DNA of 51,029 nt from Bipalium vagum (GCA_037834085.1 JBBMKC010107859.1:1-51029); one strand, 5' to 3'; positions 1 through 11,450 are shown, numbered from the stretch's first letter. Notes: generated from the letters alone by a model not told the origin. Translations and numbers: made by a program.

Positions 1-57
<57 letters not shown>

Positions 58-86
58 TATTATTATTATTATTATTAATATTATTA
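1..86. repeat. (AAT)n/(ATT)n microsatellite
   Basis: A pure AAT run from position 1 switches to a TAT/ATT run at about 57-86. Confidence 0.95.
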
Positions 87-2886
87 CTTTTGTGATTGAT
101 ACACTACCTTCACATCTTTTTGGAGTCAGATTAAATAAAATAAAGCAGCCTCACATCAAAACTTAATATATACTTGTTCAGATGCCCTGGGTCTATTAGA
201 AAAAGTTCTTCGTGGTTTTCTTGATCTAATTTTAACTCAATTTTTTAAAAATTAAACCCCATTTCTGCTTCTTGAATATAATGTAATAGTTTTCCAAAAT
301 CTTGTTTCAGACAATTTTTCCAAATTGACAATTTCCACTTCTAAAGTTTTCAAGTTAATTATTGTAAATATTTTTTATATTTTGTTTTTGATTTTATTGG
401 GTTTTGAAATATATATTTTTAGAAAATTCACGATATTGTTTATTAATAATCTTATTTATTTTGTACAAAGAAATATTGATTATTTTATGACTTTTAAATT
501 TGTTTAAACTTATTATTTTTAAATTTATTTTGTTAAATCTTTAAGTTTAAATTCCGCTCAATTAAAGGATGATTTATTTGTGAAGAGTCGACGGGACTAT
601 CTTAGACACTGATGATCTCGAAGAGTTTATTTTTCTCAATCATCTGAATCATATTGATTGGAATTTGGAGGCAAATTGATAATTGTCGACAGTCGATTGG
701 TAGATTAAATATTCGTATGATTATTCGGATTATTTCAGACCGTAAAATCAGCTCCAGCGTGAATGAAGACTAATTTTTTGGAGTTGATTTCTTTATATTG
801 ATAGAAAATTTTTTTTTGTAATTTTTTATTGAATAAACATTTAAAACTTTTAAATTTATTGAGTACACAAGTTGGTTAATATTTTCCAAATATTATCAAA
901 AGAAAAAAATAAAATAATTCCACCAAAAGAAGAAAATACACATTACTGCGGTTTGTTGTAGCAAGTGACTTAAAATTTTTTCATGAAAAATTTTTTTTCT
1001 AAATACTTTTTTAGCACGAAAAACTTTTGAATTTTGTACTACTTTAGACATTTTCTTTTAAGGAAATTAAGGTTTTTTGAAAAAAAAATTTTCATTTATT
1101 ATTTTTATTCTTTGAAAATTGAGTTTACCAAATATAGTAAATGAAAGTTCCATGACAGGTTGACATTTCAATTATTATTTTATTTTTCTGCGGCTTTTGT
1201 CAAATTTATTAAAATAATACTTCGCAGCACCAGTGGTATTTAAGTGAATTTCAATTTCTTAATTTTAATCGATCAACAATTGTTTTTCTTAAATTCAAGA
1301 TTTTATTTTATCAGGTAATTATTTTTTATACTTTTTTGCATTAAAAAGCTGATATAAGAAAAATAGACTTCAGATTATATGTAATAATATGTATTTAATA
1401 ATATCATATACGTTATATATTCTTAATATTAATGCTATTTTAGAAACATTTCCTTTATTTAATAATAAAAGATTGTCATTAAGGATATCAAAAAAACAAA
1501 ATAATCATTAAATATTAATCTATTTTGAATTATGATACTCTTCTGAAACTGAAATGAAATATTGCTATATTAATCAATTTTTATTATTTATCTTTCCTGG
1601 TGGTAAAAATGGTTAATTATTATTTTATTATAAAAATTGTATTTTATTCAAATATTACTTATTTCTGAGAAAAATATCCCAGTAAGATTTCATCATTATA
1701 TTTATATTTTAAAAATAATTTAATAATATAATACTTCAATAATAATTAATAATTACCAATATTGTCACCAAAATTATTATTTTTCTTAGATTAATAGTTT
1801 TTAACGTGTTAGCTGAAAATAAATCATTATTATTAAGGTTTCAATTCAATTTTATAAATAAGACAAGATTAATTAAGATATTAAATTTTAGTTTCCACTT
1901 ACTGAATTTAAGTCATAATAGAATTTAATAAATAAATAAATAATAATTATAATTATTATTAAAATTTTAGATATGATTTTATTTGAAAACTAGACATTAT
2001 AAAATAAAACAATATTGATTAATAAAAATTATATAATCTTTTAGGTCAATATTGTCAATAAATATTATGTGGTTATTAATAAATAAAATATAAATATAAA
2101 TAGTATAAAGGTGAATATTTATATTAAAATATTTTGAAAAAAAATCACATTTTCCTATTAAGGCAAAAAAGTATTTACAGAAAATAATTTGATTAAACTA
2201 TTATTTTTTATGAAATATTTTTCATATGTCAAAATCTGAACTGGTAATAGATAAAATATGGCTGTTAATTTGTACTTTCAGATGAAAAATAATAATTCTT
2301 TACTAGTAATAATAATTTTTAAATAAAATATTTTATTCTTTGACTTATTACATAAAAATGTTTAATGTTTACAAAATAACCAATATTTTGCTTATGTCCT
2401 AACATTAACTTGTAATTTAAACTAACAGTAGATAAATTTGTGTTAAATATTTTTATAATATAAATAAATTAGTAGTAAATTGGAAAATATTACCATTTTA
2501 TCATTTTTTTTCATCAAACAAATTTTCTAAAGGTAAATATTTATATTTTAAAGATTATTTTGTTTAAGCACCCAGCATCATCGACTGTGTAAAGTCAATA
2601 TATCTTAAAAGTATTTTATAATTTTTATCTAAAAGACAAAAATATTAAATGTAAATGCCAAAATAATAAAAAGAATATTGAGACATGAATTATTGATTTA
2701 AAATAATAGAACTTCCATTTAGAGAAAAAAGTGACTCAATCAATTTTTATGATTAGAAAAATATTATTTAATAAATAATTATTAGAATTTATATTCTGTG
2801 CTGTCTCTTGACAAGATCTTAAGACAAAGCTAGAAGATAAAAACTGTTAATCTTAATTTATATTAAAACACAAAAGAACATCAGTA

Positions 2887-5216
2887 CAGTCAACCCTCTC
2901 ATTAATGATCCCATCGCTTCTACCAGATTAATGATCTTAAGGGAAATATCATTAATCAGAAAATAACAAAAAAGATAATCGATTACATAAAATATAATAC
3001 ATGACATATGTATGGAATCATTCATTGATTTTATGGAGTCATACTTGTCTAACTTTATCTCGAAATTCTCAAAATAATCAATATGACGATCTTCAAAGTT
3101 TTTACTCTAAAATATAATTTTTAAGCATTTCAACATTGGTTTTGGTTTCCGTGATTGTTATTTAGACTTTATCAAAGTTGTATTTTAGTTAGGTTTATCA
3201 AAAGTTTCCATTAATTCAAAATATACACAATCTATAGTATTATATTAAATGAAAAAATAACATAATATAATTTATTATTTTTAAAAATAAAAACCATTAT
3301 TATATAAAAATTTGTGGTACAAACTCAAAATAAATTGAAAATTCACAATTCCACCAAGCATTGATCGTTACCCTTTTACAAATTAATTCTTTTGGACACT
3401 TGTTGCAGGAGGTTGGTCATGTAATATACAATATTTAATTTCCCTTGATTAATAAAATAGATTTATTTTTCATCTTTGGTAACAATGTGATGCCAAAAGC
3501 GATCATCTTCAGGATCTTTATAGATTTTTCCAAGCGCATTTGAGCCTAATATTCAGAAAACTCATTTAATATCCAAGTTTTCTCAGGTATCAATTAATGG
3601 TTTCTTTAGACGGTTCAATAATCGTAGATAAATAACACGTGGGAGCATATGCATGATCAATAAATTCTTCGTGTAGAACTTTTTCATTCATCACAGAAGG
3701 TCTTCTTTTGCAGGACTTATCTTCGAGACTAGTATCTCCATTTTGAAATTTTGGAACCAATCTGAAAGTGTTCTATAGGCAACGACACCTTCTCCTTCAA
3801 TATCACAAAAAGTTCTTGTAATTTTTCTATAATGACGGTCAGACCTGGAATTGCAATTTTATCTATATTCATTTTAATATAATTATAAATTTAAATAAAT
3901 TTGTAAGTTCCTAAAAAGTGACTGAAGTTAAGAAGATCGAAATTGGGCTTTTAGGTTACTTAACAAAATGTTTAATATCAAAAGGATTTACGGATGAACG
4001 TTCAAGCACAAAACTAAAAGTCACTGTCACAATAAACGATCAAATAAAAATTCAAATGAACTGAGATAACACAAATGGTTTTAAAATATTTATTTGCAAA
4101 TCTGGTTTTTACAAGTAAACTCTTTATGGGATAATCAAGTAAAGATATCTTTTGGCACAAACTTAGTTTAATGCGCAAAAGTCCTCAACAATTTTTCCAG
4201 TTAGCGGCTGTGTAAATTGTAAAAATAAAAACAAGAAAAAGGGAAAAATAAAACTTTATTTGATTCTCGAAAAGCTTCGAGCACTTATTTAGAAGAGTTA
4301 ATTAATAATAGTATTACCAAATCAATCGATGAATAGAGATTTGAAAGTGAATAGAGATTTCTTACTAAGTTTTTGCAAATGTTGATTGTCCACAGTGTCT
4401 TTGAAACTTTCAAATGTAATTCGCCCTTATTGTTTTGCTTGAAATCGTCCTCTGCTGAATATTCGGTTGTCTCTTTTAGAGTTCTCTGTATGATTTACTG
4501 AGCCCTTGGTGAGAATTATTGTGCGTCTTTTTACTATTTTTTGTGGGTTTATATACAAAAATTTGTCTATATTTTCTATTTTTAGAAACATATGATTTCT
4601 ATTTATAGAAATTCATATTATTTTATTTGCCTAAGTTTTATTTTTAGAAACATATATTGTTTTATTTACATTTATTTTTATTCATAGTAATCTCTATTTT
4701 CTATATAAATCCTTTGTTTATCTGTTTTTATTAGTAATTTTAATAATTAATAATAAATAATAAAATAATAATAATTATTATATTAGTCTTTAACTTGATG
4801 ATCCCATATTATAAAGATAAAAAGAAATAAAAAAAATCAAAAACGGATTGTTCATCAAAAAATGTCATTATTCCACAAATGCATTGATGTGTTTATTTAA
4901 ACAAAAATTCCTTAATTTCACTTATTTTTGAAATTGTGAGAATTTCTCACCTTCCCACTTGCTTATTTGTAATTTAAAATATAAATTTAAAAATTCGAAT
5001 TAAACATTTTATAATTGACACAAAACATTTGTAACGGTTATATTAAATGAATATTTAAACAAACTGAAGTTATGCAATTCTACACTTTATAGCACTAAGT
5101 AGAAGGATGGTATTAAATGGGAGGTCGAATAATAAAAAATTCTCTATTTTTAAAATTTATAGCATTAAATAAAGTCTATGACTTATGAAAGGTTGTCTTA
5201 ATGAGAGAGTTGATTG
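2887..5216. mobile_element. Degenerate pogo/Tigger-like DNA transposon carrying nested insertions
   Basis: Left end TA|CAGTCAACCCTCTCATTAATGA matches the reverse complement of the right end (CAATCAACTCTCTCATTAAGAC). Both ends are flanked by TA. Family call rests on TIR style only. Confidence 0.55.
3340..3880 (-). mobile_element. Mariner transposase 5' remnant (HTH region)
   Basis: Minus strand near 3680-3760 reads KFQNGDTSLEDKSCKRRPSVMNEK, matching the mariner WFxxFxxGxxxLEDxxRxGRP motif. Disrupted; boundaries approximate. Confidence 0.7.
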
Positions 5217-5475
5217 TAATCCACGTACACTTAAGACAAAAGAGAGGCTTTATAAATAATGAAAAACAAGATCAGAATTTATGGATGATTTAAATTAATT
5301 TTTTTTATATGAAAGCTTACGGGTTTCGTAAAACTAGTGATATTTAATTATTAGTGTCAATTTTTAGGTTTTGTTTTCTTAAAAATCATGTATTCTATTA
5401 TATTAATAGCGAAATGCAAGTCATTCTTGTTTTTTTAGGTCTAAACTTCATTTGAAAAATCAATCGGACATCTTC

Positions 5476-7083
5476 ATGAATTCTATTGTTGAAACACAAA
5501 CAGAAGTCGAGCAGCCTAGACAAGAAACCTATAAAACAGAACCTAATGAGAACGAAAACCTTGATGCTTATCATATCTGGAAAGCTTTTTGTAAAAATAC
5601 CAATGGTCATGGATTCTTAAAATTGGTAACAAATTCTAAAAAACAGAGAGTAGCCTGGCTCGTTATTATGAGTCTCACGTTAATCGCACTCTTTTCTCTT
5701 GTTGTCATACTTTTACAGCAATTATTATCAAATAGTTTAAATGCCGAGGTTGAAATTTTAACACAGAATGAGTTTATTATGCCCGACATTACAGTCTGTC
5801 CTCGACAGCGTTACTTTTTTTATGATACTCAAAAATACCCAGAGATGATTTATGGTTACAGTCCATACAATGTAACAATATTACCTGATATTACCTTTGA
5901 AGAATACTTTAATAAATTGAAATTTACATGGGAAAAAATCGGATTTATAAATGATTCCCGGCGACTAGCTCGTTATTCTATTCTACGTAAATCTGAAGAT
6001 TTTAATCTCCTAAGAGGACAATACGATATTGTCTTAAATCTGAATTTTTTAGGAAAAAACATATCATCCGAAGAATTTATACTGCTCTACAGACCTGATG
6101 GATTTAGGTGTATAATATATAGGCCAAGAGAGAGAAAAGTCAAGAAAGTTAATGAAATCCTATTTTTGATTTCTTTCGTTCCAACAATAGGAAATAATGA
6201 TAAATATGAAACCATGCTCCAGTCTAACACTGAACTAATACAATTAAGAATGGGTAGTACGATTTTCATACATTCTCCAAAAACAATACCGAATTTCTAT
6301 ACTGAGGGCTTAATTATCCCACGAAATTATCATGCTCAGTTAGCTATTCAGAAGAATGTAAATGAGAAGTATAAAATAAAAGGTTCATGTGAAAATGATA
6401 TAAAACCTTTGAAAATATACCAGAATAGCAAAATAGTCGAATATGATTACACAAAATCCCTGTGCTTAAACTTGAGAAATCAATTTCATATTTATAATAA
6501 ATGTAATTGTGTCAGTGAGAGTTTGTTTTGGCCTGCTGAAATCCCAAATAATGTAACCTTCTGTCATGAAATCCCTGATGCTATCATGTTGGAATTATTT
6601 CAGAATAGTAGTTCGCAAGAGGATTTTCTTTTAAGAGTGGTTGCTAAGAATCATAAGTGTCATGAAAATTCTATGATTAGTTTTAATGTCATCAATGAAA
6701 TATTAAAATGTCCAACCTTGTGTAGTTCCGAAGAGTATACTTATGATAAGTCTTTGGCAGGGTTCGAGGCAGACCCAACGATATTTGGAAGTCTTGTAAA
6801 AGAATTAGTATCCAATATCACAACCAAAATGATGGGATTAGGAAGACCAACTGGCCAATTTGATAGATTGAAATCGGATCAGAGTAATAGATTGTGTTTG
6901 TTATCAATAATAATAAAGTCATTTAATATTCTTATTATACGAGAAGGACCTGTTTACTTATTAAGCAACTTCTTATCTGAAGTCGGAGGTTCAGTGGGAT
7001 TATTTATGGGATTTACTATAATTACATTTTTTGATCTGTTTGAATTGGTTTTATTTTTATTTAAACATATTTTATCTAAATAA
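5476..7083 (+). CDS. DEG/ENaC (amiloride-sensitive sodium channel/ASIC/FaNaC superfamily) subunit, 535 aa, intronless CDS
   Basis: Pre-TM1 HG motif (TNGHGF), TM1 (AWLVIMSLTLIALFSLVVILL), post-TM1 MPDITVCP (FPAVTxCN-like), GxxIFIHxP motif, Cys-rich thumb, TM2 signature LSEVGGSVGLFMGFTIITFFDLFE. First in-frame ATG is 5476 (in-frame TAG at 5407). A T-tract AG at 5437-5438 may be a splice acceptor, so an upstream exon is possible. Confidence 0.93.
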   Translation: MNSIVETQTEVEQPRQETYKTEPNENENLDAYHIWKAFCKNTNGHGFLKLVTNSKKQRVAWLVIMSLTLIALFSLVVILLQQLLSNSLNAEVEILTQNEFIMPDITVCPRQRYFFYDTQKYPEMIYGYSPYNVTILPDITFEEYFNKLKFTWEKIGFINDSRRLARYSILRKSEDFNLLRGQYDIVLNLNFLGKNISSEEFILLYRPDGFRCIIYRPRERKVKKVNEILFLISFVPTIGNNDKYETMLQSNTELIQLRMGSTIFIHSPKTIPNFYTEGLIIPRNYHAQLAIQKNVNEKYKIKGSCENDIKPLKIYQNSKIVEYDYTKSLCLNLRNQFHIYNKCNCVSESLFWPAEIPNNVTFCHEIPDAIMLELFQNSSSQEDFLLRVVAKNHKCHENSMISFNVINEILKCPTLCSSEEYTYDKSLAGFEADPTIFGSLVKELVSNITTKMMGLGRPTGQFDRLKSDQSNRLCLLSIIIKSFNILIIREGPVYLLSNFLSEVGGSVGLFMGFTIITFFDLFELVLFLFKHILSK

Positions 7084-7202
7084 TACAAAAGAGAGAATCG
7101 ATTGTCAGGTTTACTTTTTGGTTCTACTATTTTTTTCCATTTTTTTTATTATTTCAAAAGGTTTTCCATTTCCAATATCGGTAATAGCAACAAACATAAG
7201 AT

Positions 7203-8965
7203 ATTAGGTTTAGTAATAGGTAGTTCTGGGTTTTTGTATTTTTATTTAGATCTTTAACATCCTCTGATTTTGTTGATATTTTCTGTTGTTTTGTTGTATT
7301 ATTATATTAAGTTAAAAATTTATTTAGGATTTAATTGAATTGAATTTATTTTTATAGATTGAAATAAAGGTGAAGCCAACATTTCCGTACTTAAGATAAA
7401 ATCTCATATTCGACAATGCCTACTTTATGAGTTCAATCTTGGTCGAAATGCAGCAAAAGCTCAACGGAACATCACACCTGCCTATCCGAATAAAACCTGT
7501 CTGAATGTACCAGTCACTTGGTGGTTTGAAAGATTCAGATGTCTCTTGAAAATGTCTATTGTATATGAGCCTCTCTCTGGACATATACGATAGAGGCGAA
7601 ATTAATCAGGGCACTATAATTAAATTGGTTTTTATTATTTCTTTATTAGGCTAACAATCTAGGGTTGCCCATCATTTCTAGATGGTGCATGATAGGTGTA
7701 TTAATTAAAGAAAGTCGCCCATGCATCAAAGCCCTTCACAAACATTTTTTGTAACGCAATCACATTTTGCAGCGCAAGAAGTGAGCACAATAATTTAAAG
7801 ATTGGAGGGAACTAGACTGGTGAAAAGATATATTTTTTGATGAAATGTGTAGTGAAACAAAAAGAGTTTCATCAGAAAATCAATAGATGAACGATTTACT
7901 AGAAAGCATGCAATACAAAAAGTCAAATTTCCCTTGAAAGTTATGTTTTGGTCTTGCATCTTGTGGTATGGCCCTGGGCGCATGTACATGCATGTAGTAG
8001 AAGGTACAATAAATGTCGAATCAAAGCTTTAATGAGTGCTAAAAGTTAACATACTTCTTATTAACATTATCAAAAACATTATTACACATTTATTTGGTTG
8101 TTGTATGTAAATAATGTTGATTGTATTTGTAAATTTAATAAGATGAAACAATAATTATGGTGTCCCGATTAATTCCGCATCGGCTGTAAGTAAGATCAAT
8201 AAGTAGCTGAAGATAAACTGTGTCAATTTCAATATTCTCAAAAAACAATCTTCAATAATTTTAAATTTTTTGGAAAGGCTCAAAAGTTTAGAAAGTGAGT
8301 TATGACATTTTGTCAGAATTAAATTTGAGACAACGTCTGCATATGTGTATTTATATTCCTTTCGTCACATTAGTGAACTTTTTGTTGAATCGAACTGTGA
8401 TCGCTCATGAAAAGTATGAAATTAATTTTCTACTCAAATTTCAAAAATAGGGTTTCATCAAAAAAGCCATGATGTAAAAAGGGGAAATGTCAAAGAGATC
8501 ATTCATGGGGAGCTGCTGTCAAAGATCATGATAATAAATAAAAAAAATTATATGAAGCAATTGGATTTCTTAAATAAAGCAATACGTTAAAAAGGTATGA
8601 TTATTCTCCATGACAACACTAATTATCATGTATTCTGTCTGATCAGAGAAATACTTAAATGAAATGTGAGGTTCCTTCGTATCCTTCATACTCGCCTGAT
8701 TTGAAGCGATCAGACTCTTCCTTGTTTCTTTCGATGCAAAATAACTTATCAGATTTGCATTTTGACACTGAAGATGAGCTGAAAAATGATATTTCTGATT
8801 TTTTGGGTTCAAAGCCGCGAAAATTTGATGACAGAAGTGTGAGGAAATTGGTTCAAAGATGGGACAAAATTGTTGAAACTGATAGTTGATTAGTTGTTAT
8901 TTTTTTAGTTTTGCTTTTTATTGAGTTTTGATTCATGCATAAAATACCAAAACTACTTATTACTT
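7203..8965 (+). mobile_element. Decayed mariner element interrupted by a nested Tc1-like insertion
   Basis: Left TIR AGTAATAGGTAGTTCTGG matches the right end reverse complement AGTAATAAGTAGTTTTGG. N-terminal EFNLGRNAAKAQRNI...WWFERFR at about 7430-7540. C-terminal PSYSPDL..SD...F.SMQN.L...KLVQRWDKIVETD in ORF 8659-8889. Confidence 0.85.
7588..8186 (+). mobile_element. Internally deleted Tc1-like element nested in the mariner
   Basis: Imperfect TIRs (GCGAAATTAATCAGGGCACTATAATT vs reverse complement GCGGAATTAATCGGGACACCATAATT) flanked by TA. Internal VKFPLKVMFWSCILWYGPGRMYMHVVEGTIN is a Tc1-type motif. Confidence 0.75.
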
Positions 8966-9204
8966 GAGAGCTTATCTAAATTTCTCATTTTTTAAATAAT
9001 CAACCTTCAAGTATATTAAAATATAATTTATCTTTATTAAATGAAATATTACATGAGATGAGTTACATTTGTAGAATAGATAATTTCAGGTAAACATAGT
9101 TTGAGTATGTGTAAGAAGGATAAACCAATAGATAATTTTATAATTAAAAAATAATTTTTAATATATTGATTTGTTCCAATAATATTAAAATAAAGAAAAA
9201 ATCA

Positions 9205-9596
9205 TCAAATCCTTTTTGCAATTTTGGCTTTTGCTTGTTCGAATTTGGCACATTTATCACTTTGGGATTTAGCTTTGAATTTCAATAGACGTCTTTGCCA
9301 TGAAGCTCGCCACTGCAGCATGACGGTTTGTGAATTGACCATAAGTTCTTCGCGTTGTCGGTGAACATAAACTTTGTACTTCATAAGTATGAGATAACTT
9401 CTGCCCAACTGGACACTAGGACATTCACATCTTACTTCTTCATAAGATATCCAAAGAGGTATGGAATATTGCTCCTGACTATTTGGAAAAATAAATTGAG
9501 CAAATTTCTCATTCACCCGCCAAACCTCTTTGATCAATATTTCAAAACGGATCATTTTTCCATGAACTTCTCTAGATTGTACTGTTCCCATAAATA
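9205..9596 (-). CDS. netrin: Netrin coding exon 5 (last): C-terminal NTR/C345C domain
   Basis: LWI..E..CECP....G.SYL and QWRASWQRRLLKF......KC match the netrin NTR domain. Acceptor TTTTATTTAG ends at 9597, phase 1. Stop TGA ends at 9205. AATAAA on the minus strand at 9038-9033. Confidence 0.92.
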
Positions 9597-9994
9597 CTAA
9601 ATAAAAATATTTTTAACCACAGTTGAGTTTCTAAATAATCTCTCTTTTCATTTTATATACGAGATTGATAATTTTATGATGGACTTTGACTTCAGAGTTA
9701 TTTGATTAATTAATTTAATTAATTCAAAAAATCAGACGATTTTCAGATTTTACGAATTTTCATCACAAAATAAAAAAATCACAATAATCATTTTTCCCTT
9801 AATAATTTATTTTCATTTTTTTGAAAATGTTCTTTGAAACGCTTATATTTTTCCGCAATCTAGATCAATAAATCAGTCATTATCTTTGTTCATTAAATTA
9901 TAAATTTGGTACATTACGATGCCAGTTTAATGGAATGCCGGAATTAACGAACTGTTGTCGACAGTTAGGTATTGAAATCATATTGTGTTAAATA

Positions 9995-11016
9995 TTGTGT
10001 TGTCTAAAAAGTTTCCACCGATTTTAGCAATCCTAAGAAAATTTCAGAACTTTTTAAAACTATATACAGTTTGGTCCAACGAATTGTCCACCCCTGTATT
10101 AATTTTCTTTTATTTTTCTTTTTCTTTTCTTCATTTATTAATAAATGTTATTATCGGATTTTTTCTGTTTTATCAGGGGGTGGACAATTCGTTGGACCAA
10201 ACTGTATGTACTACGTATCTTGGTCGACAATGTCTTGCTATTTCTTTGGTAAAGCTAGAATTCCGTTAATGTAGAACTTCTCTGATTTTTTACTGAAAAA
10301 CTGAGATAAGTGGTTTTCGGTGTTCTCCTTTGAATTCAATTTTACACCATCAAGGATGTTCTACAGTGAACAAAACAAATGACAGTCTGATGGTGCAATA
10401 TCAGAACTATATTCAGTGTGCAACAAAACTTCCCAATCAAGGTCCTTCAATTTTTTTCTGAGTCATCAAAGACACATGGAGTCTTGCGTTGTCCTGGTGA
10501 AACACAACGCCTGTTTTATTGATCAATTCTGGCCGCTTTATTGAAGTTGCCTGTTTTCCTCTAGCTAATTAATGACAGTAGAGAACAGAGTCACACATTT
10601 TGACCTGGTTGGATTATTTCTTGGTAGATGATTTCTTTGTAATCCAGCCAGATGCAAAGCATAAACTTCTTTGGCGTCAATTACCTCCAACTTCTGAATG
10701 ATTTGATCGACTTTTTGATATTATATCCGTCCAGAACGAGGGGCGACTTTGACGTCGAAATTTCCAGAGTGAAATCAATGGAACAGTTCACCGACTGTTC
10801 TATCAGATACAGTATCTGCACCATTAACTGCACTAATTATAAATATAAATAATTTTTCATTTATTAATAAGATGTCAAGCTTCTTGAAGTAATTTGAAAG
10901 CTGTGATTATTAAATTAATATAATTGAAATATTTTAACAAATAAACAGTCAATATAAATATTTGTAGAAGTTTTCCCCCTATTCAAAAGTCGGCGGAAAC
11001 TTTTTAGACAACTTCA
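9995..11016 (-). mobile_element. Decayed mariner element with both TIRs
   Basis: TIRs GTTGTCTAAAAAGTTTCC(A/G)CCGA at both ends. Minus-strand GVVFHQDNARLH at about 10480-10515 and SGNFDVK...RSGR at about 10725-10770. Confidence 0.85.
10067..10204. mobile_element. 138-bp Tc1/mariner-type MITE
   Basis: Perfect 28-bp TIR CAGTTTGGTCCAACGAATTGTCCACCCC, TA at both flanks (10065-66, 10205-06), AT-rich non-coding interior. Confidence 0.9.
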
Positions 11017-11450
11017 TATTTATATGATTCTCAATTCAAACACAAATTAGAAAGGTAAAAAGGTCTACCTTTCACCTTTCACCTTTCACCTTGTTACAAA
11101 TATACTTCTGTAGTAAAAATAGGCACCAAGAAGAGTGATAGCAAAAATCTTTAAGACTTCTATCAACTAATGGAAATACCCATTTATCGACTTTCATAAC
11201 CTTTTTAACTTTGTTCAACTAATAATCATATGTTATTCAGTCAACTTTTATTTCTTCACCAGATTTCTGTGAATATATTTCTTACTTTTAAATTCTCAGG
11301 ATTCGCAACCATCTTTTACGTAAAATCTAATATAATCTATATAAATAAATTAGAATGTTTCGAACCACGTTATGCGGTATATTTATTAGCTTATTGTCTT
11401 AATTATTTTTATTCTTTTTCTTAGTACTGCGGCCAAATTTGACCTGGTAG

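Noticed and set aside
5452-5475. ORF-track start of the channel at 5452
   Set aside because: It is a TTG. In a eukaryote the first in-frame ATG is 5476 unless an upstream exon exists
8659-8889. Domesticated SETMAR-like transposase gene
   Set aside because: Only a C-terminal fragment of a multiply disrupted mariner, with no fusion evidence
9205-9591. Separate 128-aa TIMP/sFRP-like NTR gene
   Set aside because: It has an acceptor at 9597 and netrin-specific motifs, so it is the last netrin exon
11050-11092. (CCTTTCA)x3 with adjacent AAAGGT as a functional hairpin or terminator
   Set aside because: Too short and low in complexity to support a function
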